Of a stretch of DNA of 64,000 bases, positions 12,801 through 24,382 are shown in pieces. The DNA comes from Podarcis pityusensis (taxonomy: Eukaryota), in the NCBI GenBank assembly GCA_964106645.2, contig OZ067042.1; one strand, written 5' to 3'. The position numbers were made by a program, and so were the translations under genes. Position 1 is the first letter of the stretch. Each line of letters starts with the position of its first letter. Below the pieces are notes generated by a model. The model worked only from the letters and a program-made list of their open reading frames with translations. It had not been told where the DNA came from and did not search any database.

Positions 12801-15413
12801 CACTCTTCAAATTATACCTTGTGACTGGGGTGTGGGGCTGCATTTTAGCCTCATGGGGAGGACCTGCCCCACCACCAACTCAAGCTGATCGCTGTTGAGC
12901 CAAGTGCTCAGTGGGCTGCCATGGCCACGCTGTGTGGCCAGCGATGATGGCAGAGAGGTATGGGGCAGCCTCAACATATTGGGCTGCCTTTGATGCTTCC
13001 TGAATGGGAGGTGGAAACTCAGCAAATCCATGAGAGACACTGGAACCAAAACGAGTGGAAGCTGGCATTGTTTCTTTGATTTGAGCAAAGCCAGCTTCAC
13101 GGCAGCACCTGACATTTCCTCCCTCTCTGGTGGGAAACATCACTTGTGCTGGTACACGGTGTCAGAGAGGAATATGAGATGGGGGCAGAGGACACGGTCC
13201 TGGGGGCTTCCTACCTTAGCATCAGCTTTCAAGTGTTCTGATTACACACATTGGGTGCTTGCTTTCTACACCAAGGTTCTGTCCCTGCGTGAACAGCAAT
13301 GGAAGCTTCAGCAAAGGCCTCCTAGAAAGCCCTCAGCTGCTCAAAGCTGCTGACAAAGGGCTCTTCGGACACCTTTCCCTCCCAAGAGGAACAGCAATAC
13401 AGGCTGAATGAAACCTTCCCTTTTGCACCTCAGGTGCTCATGCACAAGCCAAGGCCAAAGCAAATGAGAGTGAGCAGCCAGCTGCAGTCTATAAGGGTAG
13501 GACTCATACTCTTGCTGTTCCCATGGGTGTGTAAGGGGTGTGTGCATGCACTAAAAGGGCCCTTGAGTGCTCCTCTAAAGCCTCCAAGCTTGCACAGTAG
13601 CAAGTCAGTGGGTGGAGCCATGCCTGCCAGCTCTTTGAGCCTTTCCTCACATCAAAATATACCCCCTTTTATACTTCAGCTGCTGCCATTTGTGCTGCAG
13701 TCCTGACCCTGCAATGATCTGAGCACCCTAGCCCATTCCAGCAAAATATCTCAAGGCAATTTTTAGCTTTCAGCAGGAAGACTCTCAGGAGAGTCAACAG
13801 GGTACTCTGGCTCAGGCTTCAGAAATGCCACTGGCATGGAACTTTTGTTCAATAGGACCAGAGAGTCAAAGTCAAGTAAAACCGGGCTTAAGTGGTTTGT
13901 AGATTAAGCTGCCATTTTTGTTTTGAGTCCAAGCCACATGGTCAGAATACTTTGCTGGAAGAAGGTGAGATGTTCAGCACTTTGTAGGAGGACTCCACCA
14001 AGCAAGAGTTCAACCAGTTCATAGCCCAAAGGTGACCCTCAAAAGACTGACTTCCAGATTTGGAACGGCTTCTTGCTATTATCTTTCTCACAACGTTTAT
14101 ACGTTCTCACCCATCTCACTTCAGCAGCACAGAATCCAGACCCTCTTTAACTAAAATGCTTCACCTTCTTTCTCTCCTCACGGCTGAAATTCTTGAAATA
14201 GTTTAACAGCCCACAATAAAGGTTCTTTAGAACTCCAATGTTATTGAGTAACTTGTTGCCAGCACAGTCTCCTAAGCATGTTTCCTTTCTGGTATGCAGG
14301 ACAGTTTCACAGCCTAGATAAGGTTAAGTACAATTCTTAACAAATTCACAGACCATGATACAGGAAAACCAGATCCCAGTGGCCAGTAAAACAGCAAAGT
14401 ATGAACAATTAGAGAACCATTTTGATGGGTGAGGGGAACGCTCAGCACCTTTGAAGGATCTAGTTGCTTGAGAAGGAACTGATGTTTGGACTCAGCTGCA
14501 ATTGTGTGATCTACAGTATGCTTCTCTCTCCACTGGAAAGGTTCATTGAAAATGGATGCTTTTGTTTTGTAAACAATGACATTACCACCCAAAAAGCTGC
14601 TCTAAAAACATAAGCAGAAAGGGGGAAAGGAAGGGGGAAAATATAAACACATTAAAAAAAGAAGCCCTCAATAACCAGCGCCTTTTTTTCTTTTACCAAA
14701 AAGAGGTTGCAAATGAAAAGAGACTGTTCTTTTAAATTAAACAGAGCACAGGATAAGTTGAAAATAACTTGCATAAATTATACAAATGAACTTGACGCTG
14801 GAGATTCTTTTGTTTTGTTTCTGAAGCAGATATGTAAAGTCTAATTGGACAGTGTTTACTTTTCCTGTTTTGATAAGGTTAAGATGAAATGCTATGAAGT
14901 TTCTGCTATACATTGCATTGATTTGAAATCTGAAAAGTCAGAAAACAAAATGGTACCCAAAGAAGCAATATCCGTAGATCATTTGCTTGTTCCACTTTCT
15001 CTCTCATCAGACCTGCCTCTTTTTCTATTTGAAATGCTCCAAAACCCACTCTTTTTTAGGGGGGGGGACAAACAAACAAACACCTTTTTTCTCCTCCAGG
15101 ATAAGGGAGGTGGAGCCTAATGTTCCCCCTGCTCTTCTCTGACACTTGTTTTCCGCATGATAGATACTTTTGCGAACCTTCTTTGCAATGTGAAATGACC
15201 ACGGAGGAATAGATGCAGGAGCCCAAAGTAAAAAAACAAAGCCCAGGCGAATCGACTGTCTTGCTTGACCCTCGATCAACTCTGAAGCCTTCAGCAATGA
15301 GGGACAAAACTGCGTATTGGTTAACACAAATAATCGGCTTTTTGTTTAAATTTTGCAAGACATCACAGGCTAAAAGGAATGTAGTTGTTTGTTGTTGTTT
15401 TCCAAGGGAGGAT
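9870..15413 (-). other. ARID5B: ARID5B 3'UTR (~5.5 kb)
   Basis: Follows the stop codon; AU-rich terminal block 9870-10500 with Pumilio elements and a poly(A) signal; exact cleavage site is inferred. Confidence 0.75.
9887..9892 (-). terminator. Polyadenylation signal AATAAA of ARID5B
   Basis: tttatt on + strand, followed on - strand by U/GU-rich sequence (ttccttttatgtttaatacatttgt). Confidence 0.75.
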
Positions 15414-17555
15414 TTACAGTTTTGTGCTCGGATGTACAGAAGACAACTGAGAAGGCGGGAAAGCAGCCTGAGGATTGATAGCAGCCAAAGGATAAATGTT
15501 GTTGTGCAAAAGGTCGCCATATGAACTTCCTACAGGTGTGGCTGCAGCTAAGTGCCTGTAAAGCTGCTGTGAGTTTCCAGGGGACGTAAGGAACTGTCTT
15601 TGCACCATGAACGAGTGGAGAGCCAAAGGCTGCATTAGCGGAGAAAGCACTGCCTGATTTTTCAAGTATTGTAGAGGATGAGAATACCCAGCTGGGATGC
15701 GGTTGCTCAGGCTGCTGCACAATGTCCCTGGGTACAAGCCTGTGAAGATGGGGCTGGAGAGGGGAAACTTGTGGCCCTCCAGCATGCCGCCGGGAGGGAG
15801 GACGTGTGCTGATTTGCTGCCCTCGGCCTCTTGCTCGAGACCCTTGTCTTTTGCAGGGGCTTCCTTTGGTAAGCGCAGGGGCGAGACGGCTCGGATCTTC
15901 TTTTCCGAAATGGCTTTGTCCAAATCCTCCAGGCTGCGCTTCAGAGGCCGAGCTGCCCCAATGGTTTGAGCATTGGTTTTGTGGCTTAGGATGGGGTGGA
16001 CCATGCCCTCCATCTTCCTTGGGGTCTGCTGTTTGTTGGTCCTGAGAAGAGGCTCGCCGTGCTTCTTGGGGGCCGACACCGTCATTGGAGAAACACGACA
16101 AGCTTTGGGGTTGCAGTCTATGCTCAGAGGCTGGCCGCTCAAGGCTTGGAACTGGGATATGCTTTTGCTCTCCACCGAAGCATGCAAGAGGGAAGATGAC
16201 CCCAGAGCTTTTGCAGTCTGTTTGGGAGTACTTTTAGGAAGACTCAGATCTGTTGGCTGATCATCAGAAGAGGCTTCCATGGGGCTCTTTTTCTCCGGCT
16301 GATGTAGAGGCGGGTGATAGCTTAAGCTTCGCTTGTCTTGGTGCTTGTGTTGAGGGAACATGGAAAGGGCTTCCGTATCCCTATACATGTCTCGGTGGAG
16401 GTACTTTGACGTCTGTTCATTATTAAGGTGGTGTTCGGTGTGCCTGTAAAGGCTGTGCAGGTGAGGAGATGAGTAAAAGTCTGCCAAGAAAGCAGGCATG
16501 TGGGAGTGGTGCAGCGCCCTTTTTTCATTCATTCTATCTTTCATGTCCTGGATTTCCGACTTTAGTGCATAGGATTCGGCCAGAGCACTCAGGTGTTGTT
16601 TGGTGAAATCGCAACATTCAGAATCAGTTTTCTTGAGTAGCAGTTCGTGCCTGTAGGTTTCACTAGCAGACTTCCTCTCGTCCGAATTCTTGGGTTTGAA
16701 ACTCTGTACGTGTTGGATCACAGATGGCCTGCTGAGTGCCGCAGCATCCATCCCAGAGGCATGGGAAGCCTGTGGCATGCTTGACAACAGGTCCTCTTTG
16801 CTGCTTAATTTCTTCTTGCTGATCAAAGGTGGTGGTGAGCCGTAAGGGTAGCTGCAGGAGAGGGTTGCCCCACTGACTTGTGACAAGAGCTTCTTCTTTG
16901 CCAGAGGTGACATGATGCCCGGGTTGCCTTTGGAGTAGAGCAGTGGTGTGCAGCTGAAACCAGGCTCACCATTAAGGGAACTCGGCACTTCTTTCTCTTT
17001 GAACATGTCAAAATTTTGTACTACAAGGACTTTGGGACTCTGTTTCAGTGCATTGTGTATGTCCTCATTTCCTAACTGATCCACTTTAACCGTGCAGTTG
17101 GCAATGTAGTCCGCCATCTCTGGGAGTTTATCGTCTTCCATCTCACTTTGACTTGGAAGTGGGAGCTGGATAGTGGGAAAGTTATTAAATGGAATTTCTT
17201 GGGCACTACTTTCTAGGTCGTCTGTGAGACAGTGAACTCTTTGTTCCTGCTTTGGCTCATCTGGGTCCTCTGACAGACTGGGGATTTTCCCGACTGTGGA
17301 ATTCAAGACCTCATCTTCTTCTGGGGACACCAAAGCACTTGAGACAGAATCTTTGCATGACACCTCCTCCTTGACTTCCTCACTGTTTGAGCTGACCTCT
17401 TCAAAGTCTGTCTTTTCCAATGATGGCATCCCTGTTACATCTAGTGGAGAAACCTGGGACTCTTCCACAGGCAGCTTCATCTCCTCTGCGACAGTTAGCT
17501 CAGATGAGCTTTTCTGGTCTGGACATTCTTGAACTTTCTCTTGTTCCGATGATGC
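15414..17555 (-). CDS. ARID5B: ARID5B terminal coding exon (exon 10 equivalent)
   Basis: ttttattag|GCA acceptor at 17555, in frame with the 688-aa ORF 15414-17480; recognisable ARID5B blocks MADYIANCTVKVDQLG, SPLAKKKLLSQVSG, DQPTDLSLPK and C-terminal SSVHPSTKL-TAA. Confidence 0.97.
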   Translation of the reverse strand, partial: ASSEQEKVQECPDQKSSSELTVAEEMKLPVEESQVSPLDVTGMPSLEKTDFEEVSSNSEEVKEEVSCKDSVSSALVSPEEDEVLNSTVGKIPSLSEDPDEPKQEQRVHCLTDDLESSAQEIPFNNFPTIQLPLPSQSEMEDDKLPEMADYIANCTVKVDQLGNEDIHNALKQSPKVLVVQNFDMFKEKEVPSSLNGEPGFSCTPLLYSKGNPGIMSPLAKKKLLSQVSGATLSCSYPYGSPPPLISKKKLSSKEDLLSSMPQASHASGMDAAALSRPSVIQHVQSFKPKNSDERKSASETYRHELLLKKTDSECCDFTKQHLSALAESYALKSEIQDMKDRMNEKRALHHSHMPAFLADFYSSPHLHSLYRHTEHHLNNEQTSKYLHRDMYRDTEALSMFPQHKHQDKRSLSYHPPLHQPEKKSPMEASSDDQPTDLSLPKSTPKQTAKALGSSSLLHASVESKSISQFQALSGQPLSIDCNPKACRVSPMTVSAPKKHGEPLLRTNKQQTPRKMEGMVHPILSHKTNAQTIGAARPLKRSLEDLDKAISEKKIRAVSPLRLPKEAPAKDKGLEQEAEGSKSAHVLPPGGMLEGHKFPLSSPIFTGLYPGTLCSSLSNRIPAGYSHPLQYLKNQAVLSPLMQPLALHSFMVQRQFLTSPGNSQQLYRHLAAATPVGSSYGDLLHNNIYPLAAINPQAAFPPSQLSSVHPSTKL

Positions 17556-18984
17556 CTAATAAAACATTTTAATGGAGAAGTGTAAGAAAGCACTGTAGCA
17601 TGAAAGGCATGAAATTCTCAACCAAGACATAGTGGCATCTCTCGGAAACAAACTTGTCCATCATGTTGAGCACCAAACGCTTTAATAGCCACTATCACAT
17701 TTCAACACAGACATCTACCCTGGCAGTATTGTAAACATTAAAGTATAATTACAAATGTCTTAATAAGTCATAGGTGATTCTTTGTTTTATTTTGTTACCA
17801 GGCAGCATAAAATAGGCTCCATTGATATGCTGACCAGGCAGCGTTTATGCTGAGGCCATTTTTTAGTTAAGAGGATCACCGCTGTGTTGACAATAGCATT
17901 TAGAAAGATCTAAGATTGTTTTCTATATTTAAAACACGTACTCCCAAGCATGCTTGACTTGACTTTTATTTATTATTTATTAAAAAGTATTTCTAAGCTA
18001 CTTAGGATTTAAAAATGGTGCATGCACAAAGTATAAACCAACATGAACACTGTAAAACAACATCATAAAAACAGAGATAACAAATGGATCTCTCTTATTT
18101 TAGACCTGATCTCTTGGCACTACTAAAACCAGTGCTTACCAAAATGAATCCCCCCCCCCTTATTAAAATATATAAAATGAAGTCTGTGGGTGGGCGGGAA
18201 GCAAAGCTTCACTGACGCGTTCTGAAACAATTGGCGTTGCGGCTCATTCGGGCTTCTCTTATTTAGAGATTAGAATAAAGTTGTCAACATGCAGCAAGAG
18301 CATTTTTGCCCTCTTCCAGATATAGCTTTCCTGAGTTATAGCCAATGAGGCTCCATCTCTTTATGCTCCTTCATTAATAAAGCTTGTGCACTCAATTCTC
18401 CCTATTCATTCCATTATGTAGACGAATGAACTGTGACCTTGAAGGTCATTAGAGTGCTCCATCTGTGATACAGCTGACTGACAACCCTTTTCAAAATTAC
18501 TGTCATTCTCTTGCGGCATGCCTCTTAGTAGAAGGCAGTCATAAAGCAGCGACGTTGTCTGAGCTCTTCTATTATTATTGTTAACACCCCCCACCCGCTT
18601 CTCTCTTTCTCAGCTGTAAAGAGGAGGCATTGGGAAAGTTATTATCTAAATGCTGCATTAGAGGGCGTCATGTGAGAGATGGATGCAAGGCAGCCAATGC
18701 ATCACAATCTTCTCCAAGATTTACGTCTTTGCAGCTGCTTTTAAATTTTCCTATGTGTTGGGTTTTTCTATTTCCTATTAGTTAAAGTGTCCGTTACTCA
18801 TTGTGACTGCTTCCATAATTTTTTCCGCAAAGAAACTCAAAGTAAAAGATGCCTTTTGCAGTCCAAATATCATCATTAGCCCTTTTGCGAAAATTCTAAC
18901 ATTGGCCTCCAGAGCTTATACAATTACAGGAAAATACCAGACAGATGAGCAAAGCAGACGGAGAAAAACTGATAGTTAATAACT

Positions 18985-18987
<3 letters not shown>

Positions 18988-19028
<41 letters not shown>
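18988..19028. repeat. (TC)n microsatellite
   Basis: About 20 TC units read directly. Confidence 0.98.
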
Positions 19029-19031
<3 letters not shown>

Positions 19032-19946
19032 CCCCCTGGTTGGGCAACACTTTGATAGGAGCTTGCAGTTGTGCTAGAGCAGCATGTACGAGAGGAATAA
19101 TAATATTTCATCTTGTACTCAGTTACAGCCATCATAACAAAACAGAGTCAAATGTAATGCTAAACTAAACTAACCAATTAACAGCGTGCTCACACAAACA
19201 GTTATGAGTCATTACAAGATAGCTTTCTCCCTCATTGTTCACACTGAAAAACATTTCTTGAAAAATATTTGAAAGTGCATATTTCTCAGGATGTGTCAAG
19301 TTAAAAATCTTACCACTTGGAGTACTTTTACAGGATTATTTTAAATGGGAACTATTCACATATTTGCAGAAACATGAAGCCTGAAGGCAGATCATAATCA
19401 AGAGAGATGTATGGTTATTATTTCAACATGCACACTGGGTTCTTTTGACTGTTTTCAGCCTAATAAAAACTTCACGCACAGCACTGAAAACTGATTTCAA
19501 AACCCAGGGCAGTTAAGCTGGGTAAGTCACCATTTCATAGACTGATGGGCCGGGGCATGACATTTTGGGTTACTTGAAATGACTGGTGGCCACTGTGGAT
19601 GGGGGCTCAGCTGACATTTGCCACCTCTGAAAACCATCTGAGGAGGGTGTTGTAGGGAAGCTGCTGCATGGCTGGTGAGAGGCCTTTCAGCCAGTCCACA
19701 ACCTGGTTGGTTACTGGTGCCTGGCCTGGGATTGCCGCCTGCTAAGTTTTAAAACAGCCTTAGCGAATCAGGCTTTCACAAGACACAAAAGCTATTACTA
19801 CATACAGGTAGCCCAGCTTCCTGGTAAACTGGTATGCTGAAGCTGGTTAGATAGGGCAGAGCTGCAGGATGTTGGATGTATGCATCACAAATTCACACAA
19901 ACACACACATATGGTAGGACTGCAATGATCAGCCAATAGCTTAGAT

Positions 19947-20208
19947 CAGGCATGTCCAGTTCCCAAGAGACTGTGATCTACTCCCAGTATAAAAAAACTG
20001 GCAGTGATCTACCCATTGTCATTGGAGGGAGGAGGAACGTGCGTGGGGTGGATGGATTGCCCAGAGTTGTTGATCTTTTGGGGGGAGGATTGCACAGAGT
20101 TTTTTAGCTTTTCCCTGTAACTTTTTGTGCACAATAAGGATCCCGCGATCTACTAGGATCAGCCAGGGATCTACCAGTAGATCGTAATCTACTGGTTGGA
20201 CACCCCTG
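19947..20208. mobile_element. hAT MITE
   Basis: Termini CAGGCATGTCCA / TGGACACCCCTG; degenerate 8-bp TSD gcttagat/gcttaaac; subterminal gatctac repeats. Confidence 0.85.
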
Positions 20209-22168
20209 GCTTAAACGAAGTGGCCAAAAATGTGTCCCTGGCTAATCAGGAAAGGCAGTTTTTATCACGCTAATAATTAATCAATTGAATTTTCATAAAT
20301 TTGTTATGTTTCTGAAGAAACATAGAATACTCTTCTTCTCCTTAGATGATACATGCATGTTTGTATGCAGCAGGGCATCATCTTATAAGAGAATGCAGGG
20401 CTTTTCAGTCCCCAGAAAGTCCAAAATGGCCAAGATGGGGGAGGGAACCTGCATTTGAAGTGGGGGGAAAGGTGTGATTCCACATTTGCCCCAGTGTGGG
20501 CAAGTCCTAAGTCCCCCTGAAAGCAATAAGTGGATTGTGACTAACATAAATCTCAGGGATTGCCATGAGATTGCTTGCACTTAATTTGTGTGGGTTATGT
20601 GCCCACTCTCTTTAATAACTTTCCATATTACCCCAACCAACATTAGCTACGAAAGACCTGCAAATGCCACTACTCCCCTCTCTCTGGCTTACAAATTAGT
20701 CGGCTTACCAGCCCCCTGCCCCAAATCCCAAAATAATATTGCACCCCACCACCCCACAAACAAATATTTCTTATTTAAAAGATTTACACCCGCTTTTCCC
20801 CACCACAAAGGAGTCGCTCTAAACAGCTTACAAATAAACTGCAAACATAAACACAGCAATGATCCAATTCAGTTCCCCAACCTAAGAGGCACAACAAAAG
20901 CGGAATAGTTTTTACATGGTGCTTTCATATGTGAGGGAAAGAGGAATTATATTTTTCAAACTTATGAAAAATGATTTGCTTAAAAGCCTTCTGAGGTCCC
21001 TCATACATTTGTGAGAATTTGATATCAAGAACATCCAACATTACTGACTGACGGGAGAAAAGAATTACACTGCTATGTTCTTGCAGTCTGAAGCCCACAT
21101 AATTGCATTTTGTGTTGTGCACTTTCTACTCTCCATCTGAGAACTTGACCTGCGACTCACATAAAAAATAACTGCAGTTTAAGTCGCAGGAAATTTGAGA
21201 TACTAAACAACAAAAGCAAGGAAGTTCAAAGTTTAGATTGACACTCCATCGCTGGCTTGTTACGTTGTGCTTAGCTTCTATTGCAGCACATATGGTATGT
21301 AACATAACTCGCTGATCCAAACTCCCTGCAATAAATAACAAGGCACAAAGGGATGAACAAGGAATGGAATGCTAGACTTAACTTGTATTTCCTTGCTTTT
21401 GGCAATTTCTGTTGCAATCTAGCAGTTGCTTAAACAGAGACTGCATGCCCTCTTTTATGTATATTTTAATAAAGATTGTGCCTTTTCAAAATATGTCTCA
21501 GTTTACAATTAATTTCTTTTTAAAGGAGCAGGGGTGGGTGAGGGAAATGCTCCAAAGAAGCTATTGCAAAGACTGTGGTTGTATTAAAAATATATTCTAA
21601 CCCAGGCTTTGGAGGTCAAGTCCATGGAAATAACAGAAAAGGAGAACCAATATTAAAGACGCTAAAGAGTTTTGGCCCAAACAGGCCTTCCAAAGTGGCT
21701 TTTCTACAAAAAAAAAAAATGAACAATTGACATTATCACCTTCCTTAAAGAAAACTCTAAACAATTTTTATTTTGCCATGTGATTGGTTATGGTAGAAAT
21801 ATCCCTGAGTAAGGCCTATTTGGGCCAAGATACACCGGACAATAATAAAAAGTGCATTACTCTCAAGCGTCTTTGAGCCTGGTTCTCCTCTTGTCATTTC
21901 CATTGGATACTTCCTGGTTCTTCTGTGTGGAAGGCATGGGAGGCTATAAGACTTTACCAGCCACACGGCGCACCCCCCCCCCACAACCGCCCATGTACCA
22001 CATGTACTGACGACCTTTCCAGAGGTGGCATCTCTGTCATCGCTTCCATGCCCTCCACAATCACACAAGTCAAATCACCATCAGTTATACTTCAGTCCTT
22101 CTGAGTAAACTAAGGACCTTTCCCGCTACATTATTCTTAATGTTAAGATGTTTGAAATGAACAAAGTA

Positions 22169-22534
22169 CCGTATTTTTCGCTCTATAACACGCACCAGTC
22201 CATAACACGCACATAGTTTTTAGAGGAGGAAAACAAGAAAAAAAATATTCTAAACGAAATAGTGGATATATGATTTTTGTGGTTAATTCTGTGGCCACAG
22301 ACATGTGATCTGACAATGAGTTTGGAGTAGCCCAATGCAAAAATCCTGAGGATCCATGTGGATCCATGCTTTGTAACCACGGAGGAGGGAAGGAAGGGGA
22401 ACCATGGATCCTCTGCTCACGACTGCAGCAGATCCCCCCCGTCACCCGCAGGCATTCGCTCCATAACACGCACAGACATTTCCCCTTACTTTCTAGGAGG
22501 AAAAAAAGTGAGTGTTATGGTGCAAAAAATACGG
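22169..22534. mobile_element. Tc1/mariner-pogo (CCGTA-terminus) MITE
   Basis: TIRs CCGTATTTTT / AAAAATACGG with TA on both sides; ends shared with 48149-48657. Confidence 0.9.
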
Positions 22535-22861
22535 TATGTACATATAACTTCAGAATTCTTAGCTGCATATTACGAGAGACCTGGGGAATACCAACCCGGG
22601 TTCTGCAGAAAAGCACGCGACTTTTACACAGGCACATAATGGATTCTGTGCACACTGGAACACATAGGTATACGCTCTTGTGTCTTTTTAGGCCCTGAAG
22701 ATGCCATGACAGTAAAAAGGGACATGTGGCCCGGTTCCGAAAGAGGATTTGTTTGCATGAGCCCTGGTTCAAAAGATGATTTCTTGACATTATGCGATCA
22801 AAGCAGCACCTGCAGAATGAAAAAGTTAATGAAAAGAAGAAAGCGGGGAAAGGAAACTAAC

Positions 22862-23060
22862 CTCGGGTGCATCCTGGGGTTTCTGTGCATTGTCTTTTTC
22901 TTTCTTGCTCTTTTGGTGTTCATTTCTGATGCGTTTTGTTCCAGACAATTTTATCTTACTTTCCCCCTCCTGGGCGACATTATCTTGTTTTCGAGGTTTC
23001 ACAGGAGGCAGTGGCTTATCTTCTTCTCCTTTAATAAATCTCTCATACGGCAGGATTAAT
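22862..23060 (-). CDS. ARID5B: ARID5B coding exon (exon 9 equivalent), end of ARID domain plus basic linker
   Basis: ttctttag|A acceptor, GAG|gttagt donor; 199 nt; encodes (R)LILPYERFIKGEEDKPLPPVKPRKQDNVAQEGESKIKLSGTKRIRNEHQKSKKEKDNAQKPQDAPE. Confidence 0.96.
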
Positions 23061-24299
23061 CTAAAGAACGAATAATTGATCAGTTCTAGAAGTTCTCACC
23101 CAAAAGATCAAAATAAAATAAAAGGAATGGCTGTAAGAAGTTCATTGTTAAAAACTGTTTTTTGAAAGAAAGAAAAAACCACTCAAAACTAGAAGTCAAA
23201 GATGTGCAGTTGGATTTGGAAGCTGTTTCTTCTTCTCAAACTGCTGCTGAATCAAATTATTTCCTCTGTCTTTCACACATTTTGCAACCACAAAGCTGAG
23301 TTTGCCAACCTCTCAGATGATACACACTTTCCCAAACATCTGTAATATTCACACTTTACATGTTTAGGTATACAATGTGTCTTTATGTGTAAACCTAAAA
23401 AATGGAATGGTTCTGATTCACTTCAATTTATTTGTGACCAGGTCCTATTGAAACTTACAGGTTAGCTGATACTAAATTAAGTCACATAAGTTCAATTTAG
23501 TCTGCACTCCAATTCACACTTTCCTGGAAGTCGGTCTCATTAAAGTTACTTCTGAGTACACATCTATAGGATTGCAGTGTTAGTCATAAGTAACTTTAGC
23601 TGGATCAGGTCCAACAAGTGACAACAAGCAGAACATTTTTTAAAAAAATCCATTGAGATAAATGAGATTATGAAGCCAAATGGAGTCGCTGGAGATGAGC
23701 TGCATATCTCCCCCACTACTTTAAATTGATTTTAATGGAAATACTTTGTATTTAGTTCTTTGGCCTGTTTAAACAGCAACCGACTTGAGTTACAGAAATT
23801 CCCGACAGCAGTGCCATATATACCCTGGAAGTACTGAAGTACAGAAAATAGCAAATAATCCCAACTGGAACCTCAGGGTGGATTGCGGTGTGAACAGGTC
23901 TTAAGGAACCTCACATGGGTCAGCTCAGGTCTTGGGTCTGAAGTCCTTAAATCTGCCTCCAAAACAGCGCAGACTAGACATGCTAGCTCCCTTCCAACCA
24001 TTGTCTCTAGATGCCTCTTGCCTTCTCTTCTCTGCAATCCCCAGAGGGCTTTCCCATAACTATTTGGATTCTCAGAGCTACCTGCGTAAGTCAGAAGCAA
24101 GAGGAGCAGAGTGCAATGGGAAGGGGTGAAGACAAAACTCAGCCCAGCAGGGTTGCACATATAATCCAAGAAGCTGGGGAGGAGGGATGTGGCCAACTCC
24201 ACCACCAAACATCAGCATATTCTGGGCTGTATCATCTTGTATCCTGTGGGCAAGATATGGTTCCATCAGAAGATGGAGCAGTCTTCTCCAGCATGTTTT

Positions 24300-24382
24300 G
24301 CCCTCCATATGTTGTTGGACTACAGTTCCTATCATGCCTGGCCCCTGGGCATGACTGTGGCTGATGGGAACTGTAGTCCAAC
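24300..24382. mobile_element. Partial fold-back hAT MITE
   Basis: gccctccatatgttgttggactacagttcc...gggaactgtagtcca; same family as 45683-45803. Confidence 0.65.

Noticed and set aside
15411-15416. Stop-codon readthrough of ARID5B
   Set aside because: TAA-A context is not a known leaky motif
15414-17480. 688-aa ORF as a standalone gene or retrocopy starting at MKLPVEE
   Set aside because: The frame continues to a splice acceptor at 17555 and joins four upstream exons in phase
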